The notes below the pieces were generated by a model that had not been told where the DNA came from, made no database searches, and saw only the letters and a program-made list of their open reading frames with translations. A DNA stretch of 64,000 nt from the NCBI GenBank assembly GCA_963555755.3, contig OY820905.2:3744001-3808000 (forward strand), written 5' to 3'. Shown piece after piece: positions 32,678 through 42,318 of the stretch (position 1 is its first letter; every line of letters begins with the position of its first letter). This DNA is from Nitrospirales bacterium. GTDB lineage: Bacteria; Nitrospirota; Nitrospiria; Nitrospirales; UBA8639. Position numbers and translations under genes: made by a program.

Positions 32678-33190
32678 ATGAAGAAAATCATTGCGACTGT
32701 ATCTTTCCTTGTTTTGGCGCTCTTATTTATTCCTGGGCTATCACAGGCGGAAACCATGTACGCCAAGAAAAATGGCGTAAAGGTCACGGCTGAAAAATCG
32801 CCTACATCCAAAGTTGTGGGAAAGCTCAATACTGGAGATCAAGTCCAAGTGATCAAGAAAGTGGGCCGGAAGTATCAGGTGAAGCTTCCGAATGGAAAGT
32901 CCGGTTGGGTGTTTAAATTCAAATTGTCGAGCAAGAAACCTGCAGGAAAGTCCGGTGGCAGTTCGCTCTCAGCCCTCACCGGGAAAACGACTATCGCGGC
33001 TCGTGAGTCTCGATCGGGAGGGAGTATTCGCGGGTTAAAAGAGACGACAGAAAATTATGCCCAAGGAAAAAACATTGACCCTTCGCATCGTCGGTCGGTC
33101 GATGCCATGGAAGCATTTCGTGTTTCCGATTCCGAGTTAGCCCAATTCCAACAGGCTGGCAGCGTCGGCGATTATTCAGGAGGTGGCTAA
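32678..33190 (+). CDS. Exported bacterial SH3-domain protein
   Basis: Signal peptide; VVGKL..GD.V.V...YQVKLPNGKSGWV. Confidence 0.8.
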   Translation: MKKIIATVSFLVLALLFIPGLSQAETMYAKKNGVKVTAEKSPTSKVVGKLNTGDQVQVIKKVGRKYQVKLPNGKSGWVFKFKLSSKKPAGKSGGSSLSALTGKTTIAARESRSGGSIRGLKETTENYAQGKNIDPSHRRSVDAMEAFRVSDSELAQFQQAGSVGDYSGGG

Positions 33191-34134
33191 TGAAACAGGT
33201 AACAATCGCAATGGTGATGATCATCGGCCTCACCTTCTTTGCTTCCGAAGGCTTTGGCTTTTTCGATCAAATTTTTAAGCCGGAGCCCAAGAAGCAGAAA
33301 AGTCAAGAAGGTCAGGCCCAAGGAGGGCAACAAGAACAGCCTGGCTTGCTCGATGCCTTAGGAGCGTTTGGGGTCAAAAAGAAAGATATTGACCTTTTAA
33401 AGAAGGGCGTAGGCGTTGTCCAAGCGCTTCAACCCATTGGCGAAGAAGAAGAAATTACGTTGGGCCAAGCCGTGGCCGTCGAAGCGTTTAGCCGATTTGG
33501 AGGGGAATATCGTGATGAACGTCTCACGCGTTACGTGAATCTGGTTGGGAAAACCATTGCGGATGTCTCGGATCGACCGAATCTCAATTTTCACTTCGCC
33601 ATCTTGAATACCCAAGAACAAAATGCCTTCGCCGCTCCCGGCGGCTATATCTTTGTGACCATTGGCCTATTGAAAACCTTAAAGAATGAAGCCGAGTTGG
33701 CAGGAGTCTTGGCGCATGAAGTCGCGCACATCACCCAAAAACACATCCTCGAAACCATTCGACGAGGCGCGCTCTTATCCAATGTCTCGGAATTGACCTT
33801 GTCTGCGATGAACAAAGACCCAAAGATGTTTTCCAACGTCATTGACGAAATCACCGACAAACTCTTCACCAAAGGCATGGACAAAGACAAAGAGTTTGAG
33901 GCGGATGTCTATGGTGTCGAGTTTGCTTATCGTGCAGGCTATCATCCCAGCGGCCTGCGGGATTACTTGAAAACGCTCAAGAGCCAAGAAGGTCATGCCC
34001 AATCCCGTTTCTTTACCACGCACCCTTCAACCAGCACTCGGATTAGCAAAATCGAAGGGCTGTTGGGGCAATATGCCGATGGCATGAAGTTCCCAGTTTT
34101 GACTAAGCGGTTTCAGAGTTATCTGGGGGCGTGA
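33190..34134 (+). CDS. M48-family metallopeptidase (BepA/YfgC-like)
   Basis: NAFAAPGGYIFVT.GLL, EAELAGVLAHEVAH, EFEAD and THP...RI. Confidence 0.92.
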   Translation: MKQVTIAMVMIIGLTFFASEGFGFFDQIFKPEPKKQKSQEGQAQGGQQEQPGLLDALGAFGVKKKDIDLLKKGVGVVQALQPIGEEEEITLGQAVAVEAFSRFGGEYRDERLTRYVNLVGKTIADVSDRPNLNFHFAILNTQEQNAFAAPGGYIFVTIGLLKTLKNEAELAGVLAHEVAHITQKHILETIRRGALLSNVSELTLSAMNKDPKMFSNVIDEITDKLFTKGMDKDKEFEADVYGVEFAYRAGYHPSGLRDYLKTLKSQEGHAQSRFFTTHPSTSTRISKIEGLLGQYADGMKFPVLTKRFQSYLGA

Positions 34135-34236
34135 GTTAGTGATGAAGCGATCAGTTTTTTTGAAAAAACATTTTGAATGTTAGGTTGGGAAACACCTACC
34201 CTGCATTTTTTGGAATTGAGAATTTAGTGATCAGGA

Positions 34237-34641
34237 ATGCCTACGGTCCTCCGAGATGGTCCCTACCGGTTCTTCTTCTATGCGGGAGATCGTTACGAAC
34301 CACCTCATATCCATGTTGAAAGAGAAAGTTGGATTGCAAAAATATGGATTGATCCAGTTCGGCTTCAACGTTCTGGAGGCTTTACAAGAATCGAACTCAA
34401 GCGTATTCTAAGAGTTGTTGAACCTAGAAACGGCAGTTGGGCACAAAAAAGACGTGTAAGATATTGGTGTGCATGGTGAAATAAAAAAAGTCGTGGTCAC
34501 CTTTGTGGTGATGAGACATTTTTTTATTTTGCCAGGTGCGCCAAGAGCTTGCGCGGACTTTTGTGATCCAACTGCTGTTTCTAGGTTGAACAACACCAAG
34601 AACAATTAATGAAGAGTTGGCATGAGTACTTCAAAGATTGA
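34237..34641 (+). pseudogene. DUF4160 protein interrupted by a family-C MITE
   Basis: MPTVLRDGPYRFFFY..D..EPPHIHV; removing 34423-34590 restores ...LRVVEQHQEQLMKSWHEYFKD*. Confidence 0.88.
34423..34585. mobile_element. Family-C MITE (163 bp, TTGAA TSD)
   Basis: cctagaaacggcagttgg ... ccaactgctgtttctagg flanked by TTGAA. Confidence 0.9.
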
Positions 34642-34939
34642 AGCTTCCGAGCTTAAAGCCCAACAGGTTGTGGTGTCTGATGAGGCCTTAACAGTTGATC
34701 TCATCGATGGCAGAACATTATCTGTGCCTCTAGGCTGGTACCCTCGCTTGACTCATGCGTCACCACAGGAACGTGATAATTGGCGGTTCATTGGTGGGGG
34801 CGAGGGAATTCATTGGCCAGACCTGGATGAAGATATTAGCATTGAGAATCTGTGGTCTGGCAAACCTTCCGGCGAGAGTCAAGAATCGTTCAAACACTGG
34901 CTGAGCACTCGCCAATCTTCCAGCAAGTCGCCATCTTAG
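34622..34939 (+). CDS. DUF2442 protein (TA partner of DUF4160)
   Basis: L.VDL.DGRTLSVPL.WYPRL..A...R....GGGEGIHWPDLDEDIS. Confidence 0.9.
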   Translation: MSTSKIEASELKAQQVVVSDEALTVDLIDGRTLSVPLGWYPRLTHASPQERDNWRFIGGGEGIHWPDLDEDISIENLWSGKPSGESQESFKHWLSTRQSSSKSPS

Positions 34940-35208
34940 TTTTCCAGTGCACGCCAAAGGGGGCCGATTCGGGACTGCGGCTCCGCCGCACCCAACGCAA
35001 AAGAAATGTTCTATTAGGTATCGAATGAAATAGCTGTGTCGGGCAATGTCCATATTGTCATTCCCGACATTTTTAATCGGGAATCCAGGTTTGTTTTTCT
35101 TTGCTATAGGTAGGTTGGAGGAATGGGTTTCTCTGCGGAATTATTAGATGCCGGGTTTCGCCACGGCGCGACGAGGCACTTTTGTTTCGGCAAACGTGCC
35201 CAACACCA

Positions 35209-35887
35209 GTGTGCCGCGCATGTTCAACAGCTTGAGGGTGCAAGTCCCTTTGACAACCTGATGGAGGTGAAGTCATAGCGAAGCGCAAGGGCGTCGTCGT
35301 GAGGCGGGGTCTGAAGGAAGCGTAGAGCAACGGCGCGGGCCGATGAACAAGAACCAGATACGAGGCAGTCAGTGTCGGACGAGTGAGCTGGTTTTCACGA
35401 AGTCCATATCCATCAAGGGCATTGGGTGTAAATCTGGCGGTCGTGCGCTGAAGGCGGTTGAGCTTACCTCGGGAGACCTCTCGTCTGTCTTGGCACCAAG
35501 ACTGAGGATGGAGTGATCCATCTTGACCGGGTGAGAGGAGTCAGCAGAGGGCATAGTAGTCCCGGCAGGGACGAAGGCCTGAACGGTCCTGCGCAAGCAG
35601 GGTAAGAGGAGAGGCGAGGAGGCAGCGGCACTCATGAGCGACAAGCGGCTGAATAACCAGTTAACCCTGGCCTTCCCGACAGAGGATAGGGGTGAAGCCC
35701 TAAGGGCTGTCGAGGGAAGTGTCGAATCGCTTGCGGCGAACCGCCCAGTCGAACGCCCGGGTATGGGTGAGCAGTTGAGAGAAGTCTGTACTGGTGGCCA
35801 ATCGCTTAACCCACCGAACCGCCGTATACGGACCCGTACGTACAGTGGTGTGACAGGGAAAGCGGGCGACCGCCTACCTATGTCGAT
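35209..35887 (+). ncRNA. ORF-less group II intron (class C / IIC-like)
   Basis: 5' GTGTG; 3' domain V GAACCGCCGTATACGGACCCGTACGTACAGTGGTGTGA, domain VI and terminal AT; GAGTCAGCAGAGGGCATAGTAG...GAAGGCCTGAAC DII/DIII-like motifs; inserted just after a hairpin; no RT domain. Confidence 0.88.
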
Positions 35888-35909
35888 TTTCCGCCCGTGC
35901 GCGGCCTTA

Positions 35910-36034
35910 AAGAGAATGATCAAAACGTTCGTCAGCAAGGCCGCAGGCGCTTTGGCGCGCGCAGCGTACGCGTTAGTACGTGAGCACGGCAAAGGGCCGA
36001 GAACGCCGCTGACGGACGTTTTGGTCATTCTCTT
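35910..36034. mobile_element. Family-A-core MITE with AAGAGAATGATCAAAACG TIRs, nested in a family-E repeat
   Basis: aagagaatgatcaaaacgt...acgttttggtcattctctt. Confidence 0.75.
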
Positions 36035-36267
36035 CCGGGTCCCTCCGCCTCCGCCCCGAATAAGAAGGCTCAGGAACTCGCGGAGTCTATCCTGAGTCTT
36101 GTCGAAGGACTCAAACAGCCCTCGCCGAAAAGTCGATTCGGGGCTGCGGCTCCGCCGCATCCGAAGGCGAGAAGACATTCAAGAAACAAACCAAGTTTTC
36201 AAACTGAGGCGTGGGGATAGCAAATCTCATCAAAACTCAATACTCATGCCTAACACCAAATCCATAT

Positions 36268-36565
36268 CGTCATTCCCGACATTTTTAATCGGGAATCCAG
36301 GTTGGTTGTTTCTTTGCCAAAGGTAGGTTGGAGGAATTGGTCTCTCTGCGGAATTATTAGATGCCGGGTTTCGCCCCGGCGCGACGAGGCACTTTTGTTT
36401 CGGCAAAAGTGCCCAAAACCAATGTCGAATGTTCGCCCGTGTGCGGCCCTGCGGGTCCCTCCGCCTCCGCCCCGAATAAGATGGCGAGGGAAACTCGCCC
36501 TGCTCAAACAGCCCTCGCCGAGAGGTCGATTCGGGGGTGCGGCTCCGCCGCACCCGAAAGCGGGA
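36268..36565 (+). repeat. Family-E multi-hairpin dispersed repeat (other copies ~35057-36170, 37270-37530, 43150-43585, 57270-57490)
   Basis: gccgggtttcgccccggc, ggcacttttgtttcggcaaaagtgcc, ctccgcctccgccccgaat and ctcaaacagccctcgccga recur in both orientations. Confidence 0.85.
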
Positions 36566-36637
36566 TGACACTTAAGAAACCAAAAAAATCATTCTCCTCC
36601 ATTTTTCTGCTTTGCCTTATCGCATCAAATCGTGTTC

Positions 36638-36898
36638 TTATTTATGAGCTTCGTAGTAGGAGCGAAGCACTGCATTCATGCGGGTCTGATACCCACGTCC
36701 CTGGGCTTTGAACCATTGTAAAATATCAGCGTCAAACCGAATGGTGGTCGCTTCTTTAGGACGATCAGGATAGACTACTTTCGCGTGCTTCCAAAAATCA
36801 TCCGGCAATGGCGGCCCCGGCGGTGCGTCTTTCCGCGTTTTGCCCTTCTTCGTCATCGCCTCTTCAAGGGTGATGGTGGTGATATTTTTCTTCTTCAT
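36638..36898 (-). CDS. brnA: BrnA-family antitoxin
   Basis: TIRFDADILQWFKAQGRGYQTRMNAVLR. Confidence 0.92.
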   Translation of the reverse strand: MKKKNITTITLEEAMTKKGKTRKDAPPGPPLPDDFWKHAKVVYPDRPKEATTIRFDADILQWFKAQGRGYQTRMNAVLRSYYEAHK

Positions 36899-37136
36899 CT
36901 CGTCCTGCCTTCCACGCTGAAATTATCCGGCGCTTCTCCCCGCGCCAAGTCCATACCACAACAAAATACTCTTCCTTATCAAAGCCAATGGATATCGTCC
37001 GGCTTTCACCGTAATCTTGTCTGGTATCCACCCATTCCAACACCGGATTGGAAAAAATCCGCACCACATCCAGAAAATCTATACCATGCTTTTCAAAGTT
37101 GCTTTGCTGTTTGTCATTATCCCATTCAAAGGTCAC
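36864..37136 (-). CDS. brnT: BrnT-family toxin
   Basis: FEWD..K...N.EKHGIDF, DYGE.R and RIISAWKA. Confidence 0.92.
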   Translation of the reverse strand: MTFEWDNDKQQSNFEKHGIDFLDVVRIFSNPVLEWVDTRQDYGESRTISIGFDKEEYFVVVWTWRGEKRRIISAWKAGRDEEEKYHHHHP

Positions 37137-37802
37137 AATTTAAATATACTAACAATTGTACATATAAACAAGAAGTTTGCCCAGAACTTCTTTGTCCGAG
37201 GTAAGTCGCTTGAGTAGCGGAACGCTACCATTCTTAATTATTTGTCATGTCAGTCTTTGCACTTTACTCCGCTGGGCGCGGCGGAGCCTCTGTCCCGAAT
37301 CGACCCCTTCAGGGAGGGCCGTTTGAGTCCTTCGACAAGGCTCAGGATAGACTCCGTGAGTTCCTGAGCCATCTTGACCTGTCCTGAGTCATGTCGAAGG
37401 ATTCGGGACGGAGGCGGAGGACCCGTAGGCCTGTCCTGAGCTGAGTCGAAGGAGCTGCGCACCGGCAGAAATGGTTTTGGTCCCTTTTGCCGAAACAAAA
37501 GGGACTCGTCGTGCCGGGGCGAAACCCGGCTATAAAGAAATCACTACAAAAAACCCTGAACTCACGAGCCCCAAGCGATACCATTTTTCCTTGTGAATCA
37601 GAATGGCAAGTGCTTGTTGTGTGAAGGAGTCCATGGTGTGATTCGGCGGGTTATATCCGACACAGGTTTAAGTATAAGTTTTAGTCAGCGAAGGGGGTGT
37701 ACGATAAAAAACGGAATGCTGGCTTGATGTCGTTATTTCTAGAAGGACAGGCACGAAGGGTAGAAGGTTTGTATCCCCCCTACCCTTCGCCATCAAAGTT
37801 GG

Positions 37803-40013
37803 TTATTGATACAGCTTCGTACTTTCTTCTTCCAGCACTGGGCTCGTGAGTTGATCCGCATTCATCTCAACTCGGAACCGTAAGTCACCAGGCTGAACCC
37901 CTTTTACCGTGATGGTAAATGTCAGACTGTCTTTCGGCTTCAGAATGGGAACCGGGTCAAAATCAACCATTTTCCCAACGAGCACGAGCCTGGCCGTCGA
38001 ACCCGTGGAGGAGACATATTCCATGCCGTCCGGGATTGTGGCTGATATTTTGATGTTGGTGGCATTGGCCGTTCCCTGGTTCGTCACGACAATGGAAAAG
38101 GTTGTCTGGGTTCCGATTTCCACGGGATCCGGGTTGTCCATGACTTCAAGGAGCAAGGCAGCTATGCCTTTTACGGTGGTGCAGGCTTCGGCACGGTCTT
38201 GCAGGCCTCGTGCTGTTTGGACAGTGGCGATATTGCACTGCTGACCTTGGGAAACAGCCCGGCCTGTCACGCGCAATGTTTTCGATTCTCCTGGTGCAAT
38301 TGTGCCAAGATTCCACGAGACGTCGTTCGTTTTGGGTGTGTGATTGCCAGGAGGATTCGCGCTTTCAAACGTGAAGCCACTAGGAAGCGTATCTTGAACG
38401 ATCACCCCAGTGGTTGGAGCACTTCCCGGGTTACTGATTTCAATCGTATAGGTTGCGGTCGTTCCCAGGAATCGATTGTTCGGGCCAGTTTTCTTTATGG
38501 CAATACCGGGTTTCTCTATTACCAGATCACAGCTCGTTTGTTCACGTAAATTTCTTCCGCCGGTGACCCGGGCCACGTTGGTCACATTGCCAGGTTGGTT
38601 GGCCGTGAAGGTAAAGACTTCGGTGGCGGTGGATCCTGCCGGCAAGACGCCAACTTGCCGCGTCACCTCCGGCTGTCCGGAGACATGACTCATGCCGCTC
38701 GGGACAATATCGGTAATCTGAACATTCCTGGCTTCTCCGGTACCGGTGTTCGCAACGGTGACAGAGAATTCTGACGTATCTCCCACAATGACGGTTGAGG
38801 GACATGTTTGTGAAAGAGACAGAACCGGTTCGCCGACTGCCACGGAACACATTGATTGACTGCGCACCCCGTCATTGGCTTGAACGAGGACTTCGTTCAC
38901 CGGCGTGCCGCTGGTTTTTGCTTTCATGCGAATAATGACTTGCCTGCTGGTTTGGGCTGGCAAATCGGTCAAATTCCAGATTAAAGTATTTCCGGACATC
39001 TGAGCTTGTGGATTCGCACCAATGAATTCCATCCCGTCAGGAATAGTGTTGCGCAGGATCACATTGCTGGCATCCACTTGCGAGGAATTGGTGATCGTGA
39101 TCGGGAATTCGACGACATCGCCCACTACCAGGGCTGATGGACATTGTTGGTCTAAGGTGAGGGATGGAGCCATCCAAGTGGTGGATGTAACGCCTTTGGC
39201 AATGACTCCACTGACCGCCGGGCAACACGCGCGGTCGGATTCTTCCGGTTTGACTACGTTGATATGAACCGCATTGCCACCCGGTCCTGGGGTTTGTTGG
39301 GACAACGTGACTTGGGCTACCCCATTTTCATCGGTTTCGGTTATGGCTTCAGCTTGCCCACTTTCCTCAAAAAAAGCTTCAGGTCCGGACGTGACATTCC
39401 ATTCCACTTGGTAGCCGACAAGAGGCGCACCGGTTGAGGCTTTTCTCACTGAAGTGGTCAATGTTCGAGACGTTCCCACTTTCTGTGTGCCATCAGCAGG
39501 GAATTCCCATTGCGCATCTAACCAGTGCATGACCGCAAAGGCTTTATGATCGCTTTTGTCCTTAATGTCCGGGACGACCGCGATGAGATGTGTGGTGCCT
39601 TCTTGAACAGAGGTCAAGGTTACGGTGGATTCCCCTCGGCGATTGGCTCCACCGATGGCGTAGGTGTTGTCGATCTTCAATGCCCGCTTCAAGGGATCTT
39701 GTCCGACTTCGATAATATCCCCGACAGCACCGTTGGCCCGTGCGAGAATCCATTCTACCACGGCGCTATAGACGCGTTTCCCTTTGGCATCTTTGACCAC
39801 CGCGGTGAACGTTTGTTGGGTGTTGATAGGGCTGGTGTGTTGAGCAGGTTCGATGGTCACGGTGGCCGGAGGAGAGGTAGGATCAGACAAGGGTCTGCCA
39901 TATTTGGTCACATGCTCACTGTACTGAATTCAGTTACAGCCTTGAGCCACGACCACGACAACAACGAGCCAATTCCGTAAAATGCGAGTTTCTAGCCAGC
40001 GATCCCGATTCAT
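37803..40013 (-). CDS. Cys-rich DUF11-repeat (OmcB-like) lipoprotein; in-frame TGA at codon 28 (39930-39932)
   Basis: Ig-like N-part plus four DUF11-like repeats (I.ITN......NV...D..P.G..F); RBS AGGAGG, ATG 40013 and lipobox AQGC are in frame with ORF 37803-39911. Confidence 0.8.
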
Positions 40014-40044
40014 AATGTCCTCCTGCAAAACACGTGATCGTTAA

Positions 40045-40223
40045 GGACCTGAGAGAAAATAACTTGGACACTATCGCGCCAAGTTTTGGGTTGGATTTGG
40101 ACGGAACGATTGAGAAAACCCCGAGGCATAGCACAGCTATGTCGAGGGTTTTTCGATTGAGGCCCGTTCAAAGATGGCCCGAAGATAGGATGCGAGATGT
40201 CCAAGTTATTTTCTCTCAGGTCC
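40045..40223. mobile_element. Family-B MITE, second copy (TAA TSD)
   Basis: Inverted copy of 13842-14020. Confidence 0.85.
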
Positions 40224-40723
40224 TAAGGGGGATGAACGCTTTATTTCTCGACAAAAGCAGTGGATGACAATATCCGGCTTGTAGGGAATAAAAGCAAGAC
40301 CAAATCATACCCGAGAGTAGCATGTCCATAGAGACGAGAATCTTTGTTCTCATAAATTCCTGGATTTCGATTTCCCCATGCCAAACTCGTTGGATTCTTG
40401 TGGATTTTGCAGAACCTACCAAGAGTGCGTAGAAGGGTGCAAAGATACTCAGAACCTCACTTCCATGATGTGACATACGTCACTCTTGATATTTGCAAAA
40501 TGTGATGGGGTGCGGTTCAATATAGAAACAGATGCAGGCTGCGTGAACCCTAAAAACGGCAGAAACATGCCCACTCTCCCGTTCATGCTTCGACCCTTCG
40601 AACGAGCTCAGGATTTAGTATAACCGGGGTGCTGAGCCCATCATCTGTTGAGTGAGAGGCCGTTCGCCTTGAGCGCCGCAGCAGTCGAAGGGTTCCGAGT
40701 TTTCCAACGGCCGTTACGCGAAG

Positions 40724-40937
40724 GGGTCTGTTGAATATTTCAGGTCCATGACCCATAGATGCTCCAGGTAAGCCTGCTCGCATCAGTGGGAGGGAATGTT
40801 CAAAAAAGCATGCCCTGAGTCTTTCCGAAGGGTCTATCCAGCAAGGCCGCAGCCCTTTTGACGCGCGGAGCGTACTCTCAGTACGTGAGCACGGCAAAAG
40901 GGCGAGAACGTCGCTGGCGGCTTTTTTCAACATTCCC
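40724..40937. mobile_element. Family-A MITE, long form (CGAAG TSD), with nested CCCTGAG..CGAAGGG motif
   Basis: gggtctgttgaat ... ttcaacattccc; CGAAG on both flanks; homologous to 45464-45651. Confidence 0.8.
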
Positions 40938-40966
40938 CGAAGAGAAAAAATAACTGGGAGCGTGCG

Positions 40967-41572
40967 ATGCTAATGCGGTTACGACATTCAAGGCGAATCA
41001 AGGGTTTGCTCTGGGCCGTGATTCTGGTCGCGGGCATGATGGCGCTGAGTGTACTGGTGGCCACGGCTGGTGAAGAGCAAAAGCCTCAACTTATAACGAT
41101 CCTCCTGACAGCGCTCGATATCCCGGAAGCGGTTGCTACGGTGTCCGTGCTCGAAGATCCGGATTCCCCGGTGGCCTCACTTATGGGGATCTGTGACTCA
41201 GAGTTTGTCAAAAAACTACAGGTCGAGGGCGAAGATATTCAGGGAGCCATTCAAAAATTATGCGGCATGATGAAGGGGTTGGCCAAGGAAATCACGCCGT
41301 TGCCCAAGGGGGTCACCTCGAATTCCTATTTTCTAAGTGTTCCCTTGAAGCAACCGCAAGGTCACATTCGCGCGATTACGTGGAAAGCGGAGTCGTTAGA
41401 TGATGCACTGACTTTTGTGGAGTTGCTGAAAAATGGCCATTTGAAAGCCGTTAAAGTATTGTCCTCAATTCCCTGGTCTTCCAATCCCACCCAACCCTGT
41501 GCAGAATGTCCGGTCAAAAACCTCGTCTTTCGGGTTGACGCGATAAAAGACAAGCGTCATCTCTTGAAGTAG
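40967..41572 (+). CDS. Exported hypothetical protein
   Basis: N-terminal signal/TM segment; clean ORF with GGGAG upstream. Confidence 0.65.
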   Translation: MLMRLRHSRRIKGLLWAVILVAGMMALSVLVATAGEEQKPQLITILLTALDIPEAVATVSVLEDPDSPVASLMGICDSEFVKKLQVEGEDIQGAIQKLCGMMKGLAKEITPLPKGVTSNSYFLSVPLKQPQGHIRAITWKAESLDDALTFVELLKNGHLKAVKVLSSIPWSSNPTQPCAECPVKNLVFRVDAIKDKRHLLK

Positions 41573-41619
41573 ATGATACGGCTACAAACACGCATCACGC
41601 CTGATGGGCTCACGTCTGC

Positions 41620-41817
41620 TTAATCGGCCTCGGGTTCAGAGCTGCCGTGTTTGTGGGTGACCTTATCCTCATCGAAGAGTTCCGCCATTTCCGCGGCAAT
41701 CATGTCATCGTCGTGAGGAATAGACACCAGAGGGATTTCTTTTTTGGCCTTCGGCTTGTTCGCGGCTTCCGGATTTTCTGAAGGATCTGTTTCTGGTTGA
41801 GTGGGAGGATTGTCCAT
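41620..41817 (-). CDS. Small acidic hypothetical protein
   Basis: Co-oriented immediately downstream of 41846-42205. Confidence 0.5.
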   Translation of the reverse strand: MDNPPTQPETDPSENPEAANKPKAKKEIPLVSIPHDDDMIAAEMAELFDEDKVTHKHGSSEPEAD

Positions 41818-41845
41818 AGAAAGGTTCCAATCTAGTTGGTGGCGC

Positions 41846-42205
41846 CTACTCGAAAGATTCGAGTGACGATTGTTCAGGAAATTGATGCTGGCACGACTGG
41901 CAGGTGAGAAAATAAATGGATTCGCGTACCGACATGATAATCCGAAAATTTAAGCTGTGATCCCTTTTCATGCAATTGGGGCAGGCGATTTCCCGCAATC
42001 GATACTTCACATCCGGTTGCGTTTGCAAATAAAATTCCATATCCGTATACACCGGAAATATGTAGTGGCAATCTATGCAGATCCCTTTCCAGTCCCCGTC
42101 TTCTTTCACGCTGCGACTATCAATTCCAAACCGGCTTTTCTTGCAAATAGCACATTTGGCCTGAGTTAAACGTGCTTCCACTTCTTTGACAGCTATACTC
42201 GACAT
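41846..42205 (-). CDS. Double zinc-ribbon hypothetical protein
   Basis: Four CxxC pairs (CAIC, CIDC, CPNC, CQSC); RBS AAGGAG. Confidence 0.75.
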   Translation of the reverse strand: MSSIAVKEVEARLTQAKCAICKKSRFGIDSRSVKEDGDWKGICIDCHYIFPVYTDMEFYLQTQPDVKYRLREIACPNCMKRDHSLNFRIIMSVRESIYFLTCQSCQHQFPEQSSLESFE

Positions 42206-42318
42206 GCATTAACTCCTTTGAGAACACCCAACTATTCAGTATAGAAGCTTAACCGGATGGGCTGCAACTTGTTGTGGTGCCCCCCCCGTCTAATAATCGA
42301 AAAAGTGGTTGATTGGCC

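Noticed and set aside
35634..36095. ORF inside the intron as a reverse transcriptase/maturase
   Set aside because: No YADD or other RT motif; it is a short leader remnant reading through domains V-VI and flanking repeats
39880..39932. Selenocysteine recoding of the in-frame TGA
   Set aside because: Only a weak CAGAC-CCTT-GTCTG hairpin ~30 nt downstream, unlike a typical bacterial SECIS, and no redox-motif context; kept only as a minor alternative
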